NCBI GenBank assembly: GCA_965644265.1 | Contig: OZ286467.1 | Coordinates: 100,564,001 to 100,628,000 of the forward strand | Source: Glycera tridactyla | Taxonomy: Eukaryota | Length of the DNA stretch: 64,000 nt | Reading direction: 5' to 3' | Shown: in pieces, positions 23,490-34,467 of the stretch | Numbering within the stretch: the stretch's first letter is position 1 | Layout: each line of letters begins with the position of its first letter | Made by a program: the position numbers and the translations under genes | Notes under the pieces: generated by a model | What the model saw: only the letters and a program-made list of their open reading frames with translations | Database searches by the model: none | Told to the model about the DNA's origin: nothing

Positions 23490-24515
23490 GCTACCTGCTA
23501 GTGCAGATGGATAGCTGCTGTAATCCGTACGAGAATCCGGTGTCACATTCAGATTCCACCTGTTTGAAATATAAGATGCCAGCGGAGAACTCTGTTACAG
23601 GGATATCCCCACGCTGTGCCTTGTGTCGAATGGCACAATGAAGGTGTAAAATGGCACATTAAGCCGTTTATCTTGTGCCCAGAAGTCAAAGGAATTTTCC
23701 ATACTGTGATCGCATAACATGGTTTGAGGAAAAACCCAAATCTGAAATGGCACATGGGATCTGCATCAATGTGCCTGAAAGACCCATGCATTTTCCCAAG
23801 TAAGAAAAACTGCTGTTGGTGATACAAGTGAATTACTGAATCATGGCATGGTTGTTGCCAAATTCATTTTGACACAATACAGGGTTCGCACTGACTCTGG
23901 AAATGTTCTGGAAATCATTACCTATACTGGAAATGTTCTGGAAAACATGTTTTTCACTTTATTGTTCTGGAAAAATACTGGAATTTTGAAATTTGCACTC
24001 TGGAACTCATACCTATGTTCTGGAGATCAGCAAATACCTATTAATTTCACTTATTTTTGCTGATTGACAGTGCACACTGTTGACATCAATAGTTCTGATA
24101 AATCTCAAAATGACCACCAGGATGTGACGTGAAAAATCGTGATCACCATCATAATGGAGAATTTCAGAAAACTCAGTGGTTCAGACATACTACCTCTAGT
24201 CACTGATGCTGCGCATATAAAATCACCATCAATTATGAGGCATTCCTTTTGAAAACCATGAATTTATCGGTTGTGTGTGTTCTGGAAATTCCTCATGGTG
24301 TACTGGAAATGTTCTGGAAAAACTCTGGAATTTTTTCGTAAGAACCTTGTATGAACCATGCAATATGATAGTGCAAATGATTGGTATGTTAAGCTTGGAA
24401 AGGATCTATATTGATCATAAAAATTCAGTGGATAATTATTTCTTTGTATCATTTCTGTATGTTATCAAATCTTGCTCAAGCTATAGTTGAAAAAGGTTCT
24501 TGTTCTGTTTTGCAG

Positions 24516-24707
24516 GCGCCAGGTCAAATGTCAACCTGTCCTATATGTGAAGCTATCATGTACCCAACCAACCTCAAACGTCATATAACCACTGTTCATT
24601 ACAAGGAGAAACGTTTCGTATGTCCAGTGTGCGGCAAGCGCTTCAGTCAGAAAGGTCACATGCGTGTTCATCAATTGAGTGTTCACAAAGAAGCGTCTAC
24701 CAGATAG
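24516..24707 (+). CDS. ZF terminal exon 29
   Basis: ttttgcag|GCG; TCPICEAIMYPTNLKRHITTVHYKEKRFVCPVCGKRFSQKGHMRVHQLSVH. Confidence 0.88.
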   Translation, partial: APGQMSTCPICEAIMYPTNLKRHITTVHYKEKRFVCPVCGKRFSQKGHMRVHQLSVHKEASTR

Positions 24708-25171
24708 GATGGCCACTCGCGCTTCTCTGGTTCCAGTCACAGGCTGGTGTTGAGTCCACAACTCAACCCTCTTGCTTTAACCTCGAAAGGATTTTGAATT
24801 TTCTCATCAGCAAACCCACACAAATTCCTCAAATTCTTGGAGTACACCTATCGTTCATCCTGTGATGTATGTTTTCGGTTGATGTGATCATGAAAAGTGG
24901 TTACAATACTCGCAGAATTCTGGGTCATTGCCAGATGGGGATGCTTCTATTTTAGGAAACCGGTTCAAATGCCATCCTGTGCCATGCGGCTTCAACCTAC
25001 GGTCTTTTTCTCTTGTCAGCAGAGGTGTCGGTTAGATAATACGTGGATAAGATTACTTTCAGGTATCTTTAAGTTTAGTTCACTCGCCCTCTTGGTAGAT
25101 CAAGTAAACGTATGGTATAAGTAGTGCATGATCAAACCCCCCGCCAACTACTTGTATTCTTGCTGTTGCAG

Positions 25172-25450
25172 GGGGACGGAAAAACCGCGATGTGTCCTAT
25201 GTGCCAGGTTTATATGTATCCGACCAATCTAAAACGCCATGTCCTTACAGTTCACTTCAAAGAGAAAAAGTTTGTTTGTCCGTTGTGCGAGAAAAGATTC
25301 GGCCAGAAGAGCACTCTCAAAACCCATTTAATGATGATCCATGGCAGGCAAGAAGTCGAACCCCCGAGCATTTTGCCCGAGCCCTCGGACACTTTGCGGG
25401 AGCCCCCAAACACTCCGCCTGAACCCTCAAACACTTCGTCCTACGAGTAA
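25172..25450 (+). CDS. ZF terminal exon 30 (PEPS-rich tail)
   Basis: tgttgcag|GGG; MCPMCQVYMYPTNLKRHVLTVHFKEKKFVCPLCEKRFGQKSTLKTHLMMIH. Confidence 0.88.
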   Translation, partial: GDGKTAMCPMCQVYMYPTNLKRHVLTVHFKEKKFVCPLCEKRFGQKSTLKTHLMMIHGRQEVEPPSILPEPSDTLREPPNTPPEPSNTSSYE

Positions 25451-25499
25451 TATCCATGCTCCTGAGATGGAAGTAGGGCATATAATATACAATGTCATA

Positions 25500-25685
25500 T
25501 ACCATATTCTCCCCAATTAGCGCCCTGGGCGGTAGCTTCCTCCATGGGTGGCGCCATGTTGGATCCGGCCTCCTTTCTGGCTCAGAAAGAGCGGGAAATT
25601 CAAACATCTTGGAATGTCAAAGCCAGGCAGCAACTTCTCTCCCTCGGGAGGCGGAGCGGGGGCGCTGATCAGGGAGAATGAGGTA
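25500..25685. mobile_element. Short MITE related to 56455-56950
   Basis: TACCATATTCTCCCCAATTAGCGCCC...GGGCGCTGATCAGGGAGAATGAGGTA. Confidence 0.65.
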
Positions 25686-27180
25686 ATATACAATGTACAG
25701 TCATGGACACAATCAAAAGGATTTGCATGCATGGTGAGTGAGCAGATTTCAAGTCTCCCAGCCCAGCTGCAAATCTGTTCATATAGTTTTAGTAGTTTTA
25801 TCATATATCAGTAAATTTGGTTTACATGGTGGATGGTACATGTTTGATTTGCAGTTCATTTAGAGGTGGGTGTGGACACTTGGGTGGCGGGGATTTCCAA
25901 AAACTTCAATATGATCATAGACTAAATCGTGGTTATGGGCCCTTCATGCATAAGTCACTGATCGATCCAGATCTAGTCGTGTTTGTGCTAATAGGGTGTG
26001 CATTAGTGTATGGCCCTGCAAGAGTCGAGTGGTGAGATGATCAGAGATTCTAGAATAATTGTGACACATAATTATCTGCGCACAGGCATCAGTGACCTAT
26101 TCTGTGATTTAGGAAGTATTGTGACTTTATCTGCGTATTCGATGGATTTTAATTGGTCAGTTCAATGAGTGACATCTGCTGGAAGATGCTGGTCTGTATG
26201 GGCAGTCTTTTGGACGTGTCTTGGATATAATAATGGCGCCATGCTTCTCAAAACGGGGCGAATCATCATCATGGGTTGATTGGTTTCAGTCAGATGATTG
26301 ATCGAGGAGACTGCCATAATTTTAAATTAATAATTGTCGATTTTGTAATTGAGATGATGTAATTCTTGTCTGTCAATGTTGTGTAATTAAAGTTGAAAGG
26401 AAAAGAGGAAATTATGTGAATAAAGTTGATAAAATGTATCTAGGTATTAGTTATGTTTTCCTGGGTCCAGTGAAAGAGTTGAATATACAGCAATACCAGT
26501 TTTCTGAAGAAAAAAAAAAGAGTTGAATTTCCAAGTACTCGAGCGTGTTGCAGCTCTGAAAGACTTCATACACCAATCCAGAACATCTAGCTTTCATCAA
26601 CCAGGAACACACGGCATACATAACCCTAGGGTTGGTACATGCTGCTAAACCTCAAACCAACAAACGTGATAGTTATGTCTTCGAAACTATTACACATTTA
26701 TCAAATATGACAGTTACCCCAGTATGCGATCTCTAAATTGAATGAGATCGCCCTAGTGGGATTGACTGGCTTGAACAGGAATGTGCTTGTTCAGCAGATT
26801 TCCGTTTCTTCGATTACTGATGTAGCACTGTCTTCATACAACAGAGAAGAGCATATCTGCTGATTATTTAGGAAATTGGATCATGAAAATCGGACCAGAA
26901 TTGTAGATAGTGCATAGTTTGTATGAGGTTATGGTAGCCTTCAGCAGATATGTCAGCGGAAAATCTTAGCGAAAAGTGCCTCTTGCTATTTTTTCAGGGT
27001 TTTTGGTGGTTGTTAGCCAATCACATCCCTGCTTGAACGGGTCTCGAGAAATGTCTCAAGGGATGGTGTTGAAGAACTCGCATCTTATACGACAATCCCA
27101 TATGACATGGTTCTCCCTCGTACATCAGTTATGTGCTGAAGAAAATCGTGGAATTGACAGGTCGCCTGTTTCTGTTGCAG

Positions 27181-27378
27181 ATGTCTGCCACGCAGTGCAC
27201 CATCTGTAAGGTTATGCTTTATCGCAACAATCTCCCACGGCACATTCGCACAGTCCACCTCAAACAGAGAACATTTCGTTGCGAAATCTGTGGGAAATGG
27301 TTTGGCGAGAAGAGCAATATGAAACAGCATATGGTGGTTCACTACAAGAAACCATCGAGTGAATCCATGTGTGACTGA
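27181..27378 (+). CDS. ZF terminal exon 31
   Basis: tgttgcag|ATG; QCTICKVMLYRNNLPRHIRTVHLKQRTFRCEICGKWFGEKSNMKQHMVVH. Confidence 0.88.
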   Translation: MSATQCTICKVMLYRNNLPRHIRTVHLKQRTFRCEICGKWFGEKSNMKQHMVVHYKKPSSESMCD

Positions 27379-27484
27379 TTTGTTTTCACGCCTGGAGGGA
27401 CTGAACAGCACTCTGTAGACATAGCATCCACATGATGCATCTCCCCCCCCCTCCACACACACACACATCCAGAGCACTCGCTAG

Positions 27485-27663
27485 TACAGTCGAACCTGCT
27501 CTAAAGACCACCTCTCCATAAAGACCACCTCTCTATAAAGACCACCTGAGCTGTGGCCGTGGTAGTATTTTCAACAGTAAATGACCTCTATAAAGACCAC
27601 CTGCCTATAAAGACCACTTTCACATGGGACCGAGGGCGGTCTTCATAGAGAGGTTCGACTGTA
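27485..27663. mobile_element. MITE family A
   Basis: TACAGTCGAACC...GGTTCGACTGTA; internal AAGACCACC direct repeats; opposite orientation to the 14413 copy. Confidence 0.8.
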
Positions 27664-27757
27664 TATAATTTCTTCCTGCAACCTCAGACTTGTATCTTAA
27701 AAAACAACTAGGAAATGATTGAGTGGGACACAGTTGTAGATGAATCACTGTCTTTAA

Positions 27758-28170
27758 CAGGGTTCGAACAGACTTGAAAAACTCCTTGAATTGGATGGAT
27801 GGACTCCTTGAAAACTCCTTGAATTCACAAGATTGTTACCAAGTCCTTGAAATGTCCTTGATTCAGGTGAAACACTCCTTGAAAAATGAGCTCAACTACT
27901 TGAATTGTTGCTCAATGGTTATGTTACAGGGATGAAATTGATGGTGTTAATGGGGTCTGACATTTGAGTAGCGAGAAAAAAAGCACATTCATTGCAAATT
28001 TTTCACAAGGGAGTATGAGTTAGGAATATGAGTCTTGTCCAGTGAAGATGTTATCCTTTGATTGTGTAAAGAAGTTGGCATCAAAACTTGGTCTTGAGCA
28101 AGCTGTAGACTCCTTGATTTGTCCTTGAAAAGTACTTGAATTTGATCAAGTTAAAGGAGTACGAACCCTG
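27758..28170. mobile_element. MITE-like element with CAGGGTTCG termini and internal (T)CCTTGAA repeats
   Basis: CAGGGTTCGAAC...GTACGAACCCTG; repeated ACTCCTTGAA/GTCCTTGAA motifs. Confidence 0.55.
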
Positions 28171-28224
28171 TTTAAGTGGAGATCGGAGATGTTAATGATA
28201 ATGGTGGACTGTTGTGTGTTGCAG

Positions 28225-28419
28225 GCGGCATACAAATGCTGTAGTATCTGCCAAGCTCAAGTTACTAACATGAACAGGCACATCAGAACTGTCCACCGCA
28301 AGGAGAAACCCTACCAGTGTGATTTCTGTCACAAAACGTTTGGCGAAAAGGGCAACCGCAATCAGCATATCAAACTGGTGCATATGAGAAGCAGCCTTCC
28401 ACCGCCTTGCAACCTGTGA
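28225..28419 (+). CDS. ZF terminal exon 32
   Basis: tgttgcag|GCG; CCSICQAQVTNMNRHIRTVHRKEKPYQCDFCHKTFGEKGNRNQHIKLVH. Confidence 0.88.
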   Translation, partial: AAYKCCSICQAQVTNMNRHIRTVHRKEKPYQCDFCHKTFGEKGNRNQHIKLVHMRSSLPPPCNL

Positions 28420-29279
28420 CCAATGTCAGTAAATGAGTTTAGTTGGTTTTCCTTTGCAGTTACAAACAAGGATTTCCCAACATGGGCTTTCAGAGCACAG
28501 ATACATGCATTTTCCATGTATCAATTTACATTTTCATGCACCCAAAACCACGTGATCTTATCAAAGTATACGTAATTGCATCTGCGAATGTACTTGCATT
28601 CACTGTGATTAACATTCCTGTTTGAGTGTCTGTGGAATTCAGGAATTTTCGCCTTCTTTTAGGGACCTAGAAGGAGGGGACTTCTGCATTGGATGGGCAT
28701 CGTGCTATAGCCCAAATAGAGCTGATGTGACATTAAACCAGAACCAACCAACCAACCAACCAACCAACTGAATGGTTCAAGTGCGTGATCTGAGGATCTG
28801 TGATTCCGATGTGTGCAAATTCCGCAAACAAACCATACACAGGGTTGCATCCAGAGGGGGGCATGGGGGCATTTCACACATTTTTCCAGTGCAGGCCCCT
28901 TTTTGCAGCAATCAGGGGCCATGATGCCCCCTAAATCAACAAAAGTGTTGCACTATGCCATGTTGAGTGAACCCATTTTGAGGCATCCTGTGGAGAAATG
29001 CCCCCCTTTCCCAAATTTAAGGGGCCCAATGCCCCCACTTCAGAAAATCCTGGATGCAACCCTGCATACATCTGTATAGAGGAGGAAGGGACCCGAGGGG
29101 TTTATCCATGATGTCGGCCAGTTTTTCACGGGAGTTTCACAAAGTGATAACTTTGATTGTAATTCCAGCTTCACTTCTTATTTGTTTTTGTTGAATGATG
29201 AACTTGGAATAAATCATCCGCTAGAAAAAAGTATAATGAACCAAAAAAAATGACCAGTGGTTCTGTTTTTATGTTTCAG

Positions 29280-29486
29280 GGTACACGAACACCCTGCAAA
29301 ATTTGCAACACTCCTGTAGTAAACATGACACGACATATCCGTACCGTTCACATGAAGGAAAAACGCTTTGAGTGCCCTCTTTGCCTGAAACTCTTCGGAG
29401 AAAAAGGAAACATGAATAAGCATATGATTAATGTACACGGTGCACGGAGGCGTAGAAGGACTAAATCGCAAACCGAAGAGTCATGA
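29280..29486 (+). CDS. ZF terminal exon 33
   Basis: tgtttcag|GGT; PCKICNTPVVNMTRHIRTVHMKEKRFECPLCLKLFGEKGNMNKHMINVH. Confidence 0.88.
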   Translation, partial: GTRTPCKICNTPVVNMTRHIRTVHMKEKRFECPLCLKLFGEKGNMNKHMINVHGARRRRRTKSQTEES

Positions 29487-30542
29487 GAGTTCTCCTGTGT
29501 GCTTTCTCTGCCTCATGTGCCATTTCTGCGGTCGTACTTTTTATTGGAGCCGTTAGTTGTGAAGCGTTTTTAGAGGGTTCAATCTGTTTGTATGTGGAAA
29601 ATGTGATCTTGTTACAGCTGATGTGACTATGATTCTGCTGACTATGACTATGACGGACTGCTTGGAAAGAACTGAAGCATGCTAGGGATATGTTAACAAA
29701 AAGCACGATGCATGATATAGATATTGAGTGAAAGGATAGATTACGTATATCAGGTAGCTTAAGGAAAAATGTAGGCCCTACTGCATGGGGAGTGTCTTCA
29801 ATTTGAAGCTTTCGGCAAGTCATCATGGATGGCATGAAGGAAAAATTTAGTTGTTTTTCCGTCGGAGACGGTACTGTTTTCACTTTGGGATTCCCACTCA
29901 ATCTAGACATTACTATCGTCCATTTTGTGGAGCAATTTGACTACGTTCAACTCACACACTTAGGAGGCAACCATTTGTGAACATCTGGTATATCATCATC
30001 AGATTTAAACCAAAACTGCATGAAAAATTAGCGAATTGTGTGTAAAACACTAGCGATTGCATGAAATACTTCTAAACTTGGATATTGTAGATTTATAGCT
30101 GTGTGAGAACGTTGTGAAGAAAAAATGTTTTATTGTAAAGCGACACGGTGGTCGCCGACAGTACGATTATTGGGAAGCCCCTCCATGACATCATAATACA
30201 GGAGAGAACCAGTGAATCACGGGTCAAGATTGACTAGCAAACATGGCGGCGCACTGGAGAAGTCACCAGTCGTCGATAGGTCCACTGTTCTGGCGAATAT
30301 TCAACTTAGTTACGTGATTCATACTTAGGTTATACACGACTGGATGTGATCAACTCCATTCCATCACAACACCGAGTAATATTGTGCATATTCGCCAGTA
30401 AATCACTCATTTCTCGGCGCTTGCTATCCACGTGTGTGCGCATGCTCCTGACCCCCCCTCCTGTCAACGTTGATGAAATCCAAACAACGTGGTATGCGTA
30501 TCCCCAGTGTGAGTTGTTATTGTTACGCAGGCCATTATACAG

Positions 30543-30633
30543 CTCTCTCTCTCTCTTTCTCTCTCTCTCTCTATCTACCTATCCATTTCTATATCTATCC
30601 ATATCTCTCTCCCTCCCTCCCTCGCTCCCTCCC
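30543..30633. repeat. (CT)n / CT-rich microsatellite
   Basis: ctctctctct...ccctccctccc. Confidence 0.9.
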
Positions 30634-31071
30634 TACACCCTTGTATATTGCTTTCTTTCTCCCCTTATTGTGTTAAATTCAAAAGAACTTGTGACAAGAG
30701 ATCCCTGCTGAAAGACCACCTCTAATGGGAGACCACTTACGCAGAGCAGCATATTTATCTAACAAATTTAGTCAAATATATGACAAGATACCAACTCTTT
30801 TGAAAGATCGCTTTTTGATGACAACCAGGGTAGTCTCTCATTTCAGGTTTCACTGTATAAATAAATGTTGCATCAAGCTTTGTTCAGTGGTAAATTTGAA
30901 AAAGCATTTTCAGTTGATGGAACCTATGGCAGCTACTGGGATATTTGGATCAGCCAATTTTCATTGTTATTCACATAGCATCATTCAGTTGTAACAAGTG
31001 GTGTACTGTAGGGAAACCTAAATGTCACCAAGAAGTGGTCTCTACAAAGTGCTGGTCCCTCATCAGATGTA

Positions 31072-31235
31072 TACAGTCGAACCTCTTATATAAAGACCAC
31101 CTTCGGTCGCATCAAAAAGTGACCTTTATAGGGAGGTGGTCTTCATAGAGGTAATTTACTGTTGAAAATACTATCACGGTCGCAGATCAAGGTGGTCTTT
31201 ATGGGGAGGTGGTCTTTAGAGGAGGTTCGACTGTA
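31072..31235. mobile_element. MITE family A
   Basis: TACAGTCGAACCTC...GAGGTTCGACTGTA. Confidence 0.8.
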
Positions 31236-31954
31236 TTGGCATTTTCCCCTGTTAAATTACCACCTCTCCACTGTAAATCGACGACCAGTCTTCTTCTTGA
31301 AGACATTTCTTGTTTATAATTCCTCCATAAGTTTGGCTTTAGAATCTCACAAAATCCTAAGCACTTTTGAGTAGATATGATTCTTGGTGAGAGAAAAGAA
31401 AATGAATGTACTACCATGGACTTATAGAGGGGGGGATGTTATTGCCATTCTCGGGTCAAATTTCCTGATTGCGATTTAGGAAACTGATGGATTTCATGCA
31501 AAATCATCATCTGGTACTTTTCCAGAAAATTCAATATCGTCTACAGGCTGACAGGGCTCCACAATAATTTTTTTCTGTCGAATTTTCACCTGCCCTCCGT
31601 TATATTCACCTGCCCTCCTGCACATATACATGGCCCAAATAATGGTTGGGTACCTGCCCACCGGGCAGGCATACTGATAAAATAACCGGCCCTAACAACA
31701 AATCTGCATGTCTGTGCCAGTAGGGCAACCATTAACGTAGAGCCCTGGCTGAGGTGTTGCATTTCTTGATGTGGAAAATTTCATAGATGGCTGTGGTGTG
31801 CGATAATATAATTGTTAAGAAATATGTCTAATTTGTCCACACCCATGTCAATAATACTGTAGTTAAATATATTGGGGCCTTTGCATCGTCCTTGTGGTGT
31901 ATGAGTGATAAGTGCATAGAAAACTGACCATTATTCCGTTCATGTGTGTTTCAG

Positions 31955-32137
31955 GGGAATTCTGTCCCGTGTAAATATTGCAAGTCACTGATTACTCGTA
32001 CCAACATGACACGCCACGTACGCACAGTTCATTTAAAGGAAAAAAGATTTCACTGCCCGTACTGTGGGAAGCTCTTTGGTGAAAAGGGCAATATGAAGAA
32101 GCACATGATAACCGCTCATAGAGACATTCAGGAGTAA
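31955..32137 (+). CDS. ZF terminal exon 34
   Basis: tgtttcag|GGG; PCKYCKSLITRTNMTRHVRTVHLKEKRFHCPYCGKLFGEKGNMKKHMITAH. Confidence 0.88.
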   Translation, partial: GNSVPCKYCKSLITRTNMTRHVRTVHLKEKRFHCPYCGKLFGEKGNMKKHMITAHRDIQE

Positions 32138-32631
32138 ACCTGATGGTGATATGATCGATCTCATAACCTTGGTGATCATAGATCACTTTCAGGAGGGAAA
32201 TTTCATAGAATCAGGCAAGCGATTTGTGTTAGCGAGTTCATCATTCGATCTGAGATGAATCATGAAACTAGCCGTTCATTTATGCCAACAGAAATCCATT
32301 GATTGACACAAGTCCTGAGAATGTCGTTGAAGAATTGGATACAATCGAAATGTGATGAATATTTTGTCTATTGTGTTTGAAAATAAGTGCTTAAGATGTT
32401 ATGATTGTTATTTGACAATTTCTGATGCCAACGATTATATCTTAAAGTAATGATTACTCTTTCAACTGAATTTTCGGCATTTACTCTCGAATTTTAACTG
32501 AGAAATACTGTCGGAATTACTCTTGAAAATGGGGTTTGTTGGCATCCCTGGACACTTCATGCTCCAAGTTTTGTATCCAGCGGCACAGCAGCATTTATAT
32601 GATGTATTAGGGGTGGGGTTGCAGTTGAGGA

Positions 32632-32812
32632 TACAGTAAAACCTGTCTTAAGTGATAAGTCACGGGACCAAATTTTTCTTCCACTTAAGACAGGATTTTG
32701 CTCAGTGCAGGACAATTACAGTGAGAAAAAAACATCCGGGCAGACCGTGGGGTATGCGCTTAAGACAGGATTTTGCCCAGCACAGGTTTACACCCAAGCA
32801 GGTTTCACTGTA
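32632..32812. mobile_element. MITE family A2
   Basis: Close match to 5908-6088 with the same termini and TA flanks. Confidence 0.8.
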
Positions 32813-33559
32813 TCTGATGGATTTCATATCAAATCAGTGAGCTCTCATTCCATGCTGGGAAAATTTGGGAAGAATTTCTTAGAATAAGAAGGACATAGGT
32901 CCTGAATATAACCTGGTTTGGGTTTCTATAGAGATGGAGTGGTCTTCATAGAGAGGTGGTCTCTATAGAGAGGTGGTCCTTAGAGCCGGTTCGACTGCAT
33001 ATGTGGGATCACCACAAGGGCGAGAAGACATCATGAAAATCCACCTGCCCCCCTGGAAAACCCACCTGCCCTGCTTATATATGCAAGTCATTTATGCTCA
33101 TTTTCCACCTGCCCACTGTGAAATCTACCTGCCCGGGGCAGGTGGGCGGCTATCTCTTCTCGCCCTGACCACTCTACCAATCTGTTTGTTTATTGCATTG
33201 AAACCACTGTGACTAGAACCTGTCTCAGGAGACTGTTTGCTCCAAGCAATTACTTCTGTGTTCCGAGACAGGTTTGTCTCTCTTGTTCTGCTACTTTGTC
33301 TACTGGAACTTGAGATGAGGATAATTCATTTATCCAGCCACATTTTTCTCATGACCTGAAGAGAACTACAGTAAAAGACAGGATTTTGCCTAGCGCAGGT
33401 TTACACTCAAGCAGGTTTCACTGTATATGATTTCCGGGTTGACTGACCAATGTGTGAAAATGACCGATGTAGACGAGAATAAAGATTATCCACAGTCAAC
33501 CGACATCCAGTTGTTTTAATTCCTGAACTATAGGCATTGGGTGTTTTCTTATGTTGTAG

Positions 33560-33826
33560 AGAAAAAGGTCTACGACCCCATGCGAGATATGCCATGTGCC
33601 AGTATATTCGAAAAATTTGGTCCGCCATATTCGGGCTGTACATTTCAAGGAAAAAAAATTCCAGTGTCCTGTATGTGAGAAGTGGTTTTCACAGAAGGTG
33701 AATATGGAAGCACATGCTCAACGTATGCATTCACACGGCGTGCCCTTGCCAATATCGGAAAATCTACAAACAGGCGAAGATATGAACGGGAACATTGACC
33801 AAGAATTGCCTGCATACAGCTGTTGA
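33560..33826 (+). CDS. ZF terminal exon 35
   Basis: tgttgtag|AGA; PCEICHVPVYSKNLVRHIRAVHFKEKKFQCPVCEKWFSQKVNMEAHAQRMH. Confidence 0.88.
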   Translation, partial: RKRSTTPCEICHVPVYSKNLVRHIRAVHFKEKKFQCPVCEKWFSQKVNMEAHAQRMHSHGVPLPISENLQTGEDMNGNIDQELPAYSC

Positions 33827-33866
33827 TGAGACTTCAAACCAATCTGGGTCTTCTTGTGTGTTTCAG

Positions 33867-34133
33867 ACGCTCCCGTGTAAATACTGCTGTACGCCTATAG
33901 CTCGTGCTAACATGAGTCGTCATATTCGAACCGTTCATTTGAAGGAAAGGCGATTTGAATGCCCTGTCTGTTGTAAATTATTCAGTGAAAAGGGAAATAT
34001 GAAACGCCATATAGTAAACCTGCACCCAGATCACCTTGAATCGGCGCTCAATACGACACAAGAGGACCAAGACCGGCGGAATGAGACCCCTCCACCCGAA
34101 AATTCCAGCAGCTGGGCAGATTCTGCAGAATAA
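33867..34133 (+). CDS. ZF terminal exon 36 (40 nt after stop of exon 35)
   Basis: tgtttcag|ACG; PCKYCCTPIARANMSRHIRTVHLKERRFECPVCCKLFSEKGNMKRHIVNLH. Confidence 0.88.
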   Translation, partial: TLPCKYCCTPIARANMSRHIRTVHLKERRFECPVCCKLFSEKGNMKRHIVNLHPDHLESALNTTQEDQDRRNETPPPENSSSWADSAE

Positions 34134-34286
34134 CTTATCGTTATGATATCCGCAGTGAACGACTGTCAAGACCGAGAACTGACCGATACCAATCACTCAG
34201 TGAAATTCTCAAACTGGCAGCCACAGGTTTGCCCAGTATTCCAGGCTTTAAGTCTGTCGCCGCTGAGAACAAAATGATTCTCTAAC

Positions 34287-34467
34287 CAGTGATGCCAATT
34301 TTCAGAATATTTTTCCCAATTCCGAATATTGGGTGAAGAATTGAAATTTAAAAATGGCAACAATCTGTCTGAAAGTTTCAAATGAAATACTTGAGAGAAT
34401 ATTTAGGGTGAGTGAGAAAATCCAACTATATTTCTGAAAATTTAGCTCCATCTCATGGGCATCACTG
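34287..34467. mobile_element. MITE family C
   Basis: CAGTGATGCCAAT...ATGGGCATCACTG flanked by TCTAAC on both sides. Confidence 0.65.

Noticed and set aside
25550-25560. YY1-like motif (AACATGGCGCC on minus strand) as an internal promoter
   Set aside because: Lies inside a MITE (25500-25685).
27485-27663. Regularly repeated AAGACCACC motifs resembling a CRISPR array
   Set aside because: Short repeats within TA-flanked inverted termini, no unique equal-length spacers, no cas genes, eukaryotic context.
30346-30711. 121-aa and 68-aa ORFs
   Set aside because: Open only because they cross a CT microsatellite.
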